Assembly: GCF_018350175.1 (NCBI RefSeq)
Contig: NC_058372.1
Location: 3,844,001 to 3,908,000 of the forward strand
Length of the DNA stretch: 64,000 nt
Reading direction: 5' to 3'
Origin: Felis catus
Lineage: Eukaryota
Numbering within the stretch: the stretch's first letter is position 1; every line of letters begins with the position of its first letter. Of the stretch, positions 60,935 through 64,000 are shown piece by piece. The translations under genes were made by a program, and so were the position numbers. The notes beneath the pieces were generated by a model, which saw only the letters and a program-made list of their open reading frames with translations, ran no database searches and was not told the DNA's origin.

Positions 60935-61526
60935 ACTGCAGCCAGATTTCAAGTTCTAGGACGTTCACTTAGAGAAGTCATGTGGAATGATTCGGGAAGC
61001 TCCTCCTGTGGTTCAGCCCTTCTCTGCCACCCTCTGTGTCCCTCTTGGAAAGCGAAGTCGGTTTAATTCTGTGACTCCCACCTTGAGCTTCTTACCTAGT
61101 AGTACTTTTCAGTTAGGGACGTACTCACTCTCATCCATCAGGCATAACCACCAGGCTAAACTTCCTAGAAGTATAAACCTGATCACACCCCACGCTTGCT
61201 TAAAACGTTTTGCTTCCCACTTTTAATTTTTTCCACTAGAAGATAGCTAACCACAGAGTGAATCTGGGTGTGTAACACAAGAAAGCCTGGAGGAATTCTN
61301 NNNNNNNNNNNNNNNNNNNNNNNNNNNNNNNNNNNNNNNNNNNNNNNNNNNNNNNNNNNNNNNNNNNNNNNNNNNNNNNNNNNNNNNNNNNNNNNNNNNN
61401 NNNNNNNNNNNNNNNNNNNNNNNNNNNNNNNNNNNNNNNNNNNNNNNNNNNNNNNNNNNNNNNNNNNNNNNNNNNNNNNNNNNNNNNNNNNNNNNNNNNN
61501 NNNNNNNNNNNNNNNNNNNNNNNNNT

Positions 61527-61718
61527 TTGAGAGAGCAAGAGAGAGACAGAGCATGAGCAGGGGAGGGGCAGAGAGGGAGGGAGTCACAGAATCTGAAGCA
61601 GGCTCCAGGCTCCGAGCTGTCAGCCCAGAGCCCGATGCGGGGCTCGGACCCACAGACAGAGAGATCACGACCTGAGCCGAAGTCAGACGCTGAACCGACT
61701 GAGCCACCCAGGTGCCCC
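61527..61718 (-). mobile_element. Can-SINE (tail end masked)
   Basis: Reverse head ccacccaggtgcccc. Confidence 0.93.
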
Positions 61719-63700
61719 AAGTCCATAGTTTTCCTTTCAGAATTCACGCAAGTTTTACACGTGACTCAATTTGTTTAAAACAAATAAAAACATGTTCCCC
61801 AAAGTATTGCATAAAACTGGCACTTCAGAAAAAAGTTCCGTGTTTTCCCTGTGGCCTCAGTACACTGCTGTGCTTAGCTGTCTCCCACAGGGGCTGCAAG
61901 GTGAAGTTCACGCTCCTGAGTGTTACATAAAGGCCGCTGTGACCCAGTCTTGCTGACTTCTGACCCAAATTTCCTATCAGTCCCTGACGTGGAGTGTGTG
62001 ATCTGGGTGCTACAGGTTTCTCTAAAATCAAAATGGGCTTTTTCTTTTTCTGATTCCGGAATAAATAAACGCTCTTTGTACAAAACTTTAAACAAGATAA
62101 AAAAAAACCTAAGTGAGAAGGTCAGACTTATTTCTCCCCACAGAGCCACTTATCTTAGATATTTCGCTGTTTCTGACTCTCTAGCTCTCTCTCAACATAT
62201 ACGTGTGTGTATACCTGTACACGTAGACATATACGTCTGGACATGCGTATACACACATAGACAAATACATGCTTATGTGTATTCACACACGTACACACAT
62301 GCAATTTTTTTAAATAAATATTAAAGAAAAAAATAAAAAGCGTCCAAGTCAAACGGTACAGATACCACTCATTCTTTTAAAGTGTTGCTCAGTTTTTAAA
62401 TATAAAGATGTCTTGCAATCTGTTCGGTCAGTCTCCCATTGATGAACTCTTAGGTTATTTCCAGTTTGCCCCTCTGGCTTTCTTTTTTTGAGTTGCATTT
62501 TCACTGAATGTGTTTGTGAATTCCGAGAGGATCAACACTTTTACGATGTTAAGTGCTCCCACCCAACAATGTAGTCCATAGTTCTACCTAGCCAGGTTGT
62601 GTTTTATGTCCTTAATAAAATGTTATTGTTTTCTTCCTTTGAGCCACACGTTTCTCGTTCGAGTGATTCTTAAAAATTTTGCAGTTTTTGTGGCTAGAAA
62701 ACCTTAAAAACTTTCTATCTCCATTCCTGGCTGGTTATTTCTACTACCGGGGAAAAGCAACTGATGAACAGAAAAAAATCTTTCCCATGTTTGCGGCCAG
62801 TTTCCAAATCCCCTTCCTGCTTTGCACCGTAATCCCTGGTGGTGTTGAACAATTGCGATCGTCCACACTGCGCCTCTGTGCCTTTGCTCTTTCTGGAAGG
62901 TCCTTGCCCTTGGTCACTGACTCACCCACACCACCTGTGAAGACTGACTACAGCCGTGCCTCCTCCTGGAAGCAGATAAGGCGGGGTCCTGATCTGCTCT
63001 TCCTGGTGTCCCCGTGCACGCGTGTATTATTTGTTTTCAAGACCTGTCATCCCAGCTGTCTGTCTGGGAGTCGTCTCACTCAGCGGACTCCGAACTCTGT
63101 GCAGTCATGGGTCAGGTCTTAAACAAACTGGTGTTCTCAGAAGCAAGCACCACATCTGGAACAGAATAAATTCCCCAAGAAGAAAAAAAAGAAAAGAAAA
63201 AGAAAAAGAAAGAAAGAGTGTGGAATGAAACTGCTCTGAATGGAAACAGCTGTTAATACCAGGCCAGAGAGACCTAACTTTCTAAGGGCCTCTGATCTTT
63301 TCTTCTCTATTACTATAGAGAATATACTCTATTAGTATACAGAAATCCTGACTCCTGATGGCGAGCATGACTCAAGAGTTCACCCATGTAATAAATTAAT
63401 GTTTAACGAACACATACTATAGGCCAAAGACTATGCCAAGAGCTGTGAATACAGCAGTTTTCAAATACACGGATCCCTTCGGAGAGTTTGCAAAACTCCA
63501 CTATAGGATTACACTGTTTAAACAAAATATGCAGTTTGAAGAATACAGTTTGAACCTTACTTGTGGCATTGGACTGTGGGCCATTTTTCCTTAGTATATT
63601 TACTCTTATTTTGGGGAATCCGCTCTTGGCTACTTCCTCTGCTAGGGTTACTGCTAAGTCATGCTGTGCCTTTGAGCAAATTAGAAATTATCAGACCTTA

Positions 63701-63930
63701 GGGGCGCCTGGGTGACTCAGTCGGTTGAGCATCTGACTTCGGCTCAGGGCATGCTCAGGTCATGATCTCGCAGTTCGTGAGTTCAAGCCCCTCATCGGGC
63801 TTTGTGCTGACAGCTCAGAGCCCAGAGCCTGCTTCGGATTCTGTGTCTCCCTCTCTCTCTGCCCCTTTCCCGCTCATGCTCTGTCTTTCTCTCTCTCTCA
63901 AAAATAAATAAACATTAAAAAAAAAAAAAA
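63701..63930 (+). mobile_element. Can-SINE
   Basis: Full element with internal duplication ctcagggcatgctcaggtcatg. Confidence 0.96.
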
Positions 63931-64000
63931 GAAAATTTTCTTCTTCTGGGCAGACTAAGCAAAAAAAAAAAAAGCCCTAATTTGTCTTCTTTTTAACCAT

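Overview
Mammalian genomic DNA from a felid (about 24 feline-type Can-SINEs; species cannot be fixed from sequence). It covers the edge of the major replication-dependent histone cluster. The gene order is H2A(+), H3(+), H4(+), H4(-), H3(-), H1.1(+), then TRIM38(-). This matches, in reverse, the human order TRIM38, H1-1, H3C1, H4C1, H4C2, H3C2, H2AC4, so paralogue symbols are assigned by synteny. All six histone genes have a TATA box and a 3' stem-loop. The cores of five are hidden by N runs. TRIM38 reconstructs as six GT-AG coding exons (1398 nt, 465 aa), with an ISRE-bearing CpG-island promoter. The rest is mostly SINE, L1, L2, MIR, LTR and DNA-transposon relics. Unexplained items: (1) an H3.1-derived relic next to H1-1 whose indels, including a microhomology-mediated K27-K79 fusion, keep the start-codon frame, with one early stop; (2) a 185-bp inverted repeat pair; (3) a perfect 41-bp hairpin; (4) a GGA-rich minisatellite abutting the TRIM38 ISRE; (5) an orphan CpG island; (6) orphan histone-type promoter elements. 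I see no firm evidence for a wholly new biological system; these are leads. Repeat names and reference-protein comparisons are from memory of consensus sequences, and repeat boundaries are approximate.
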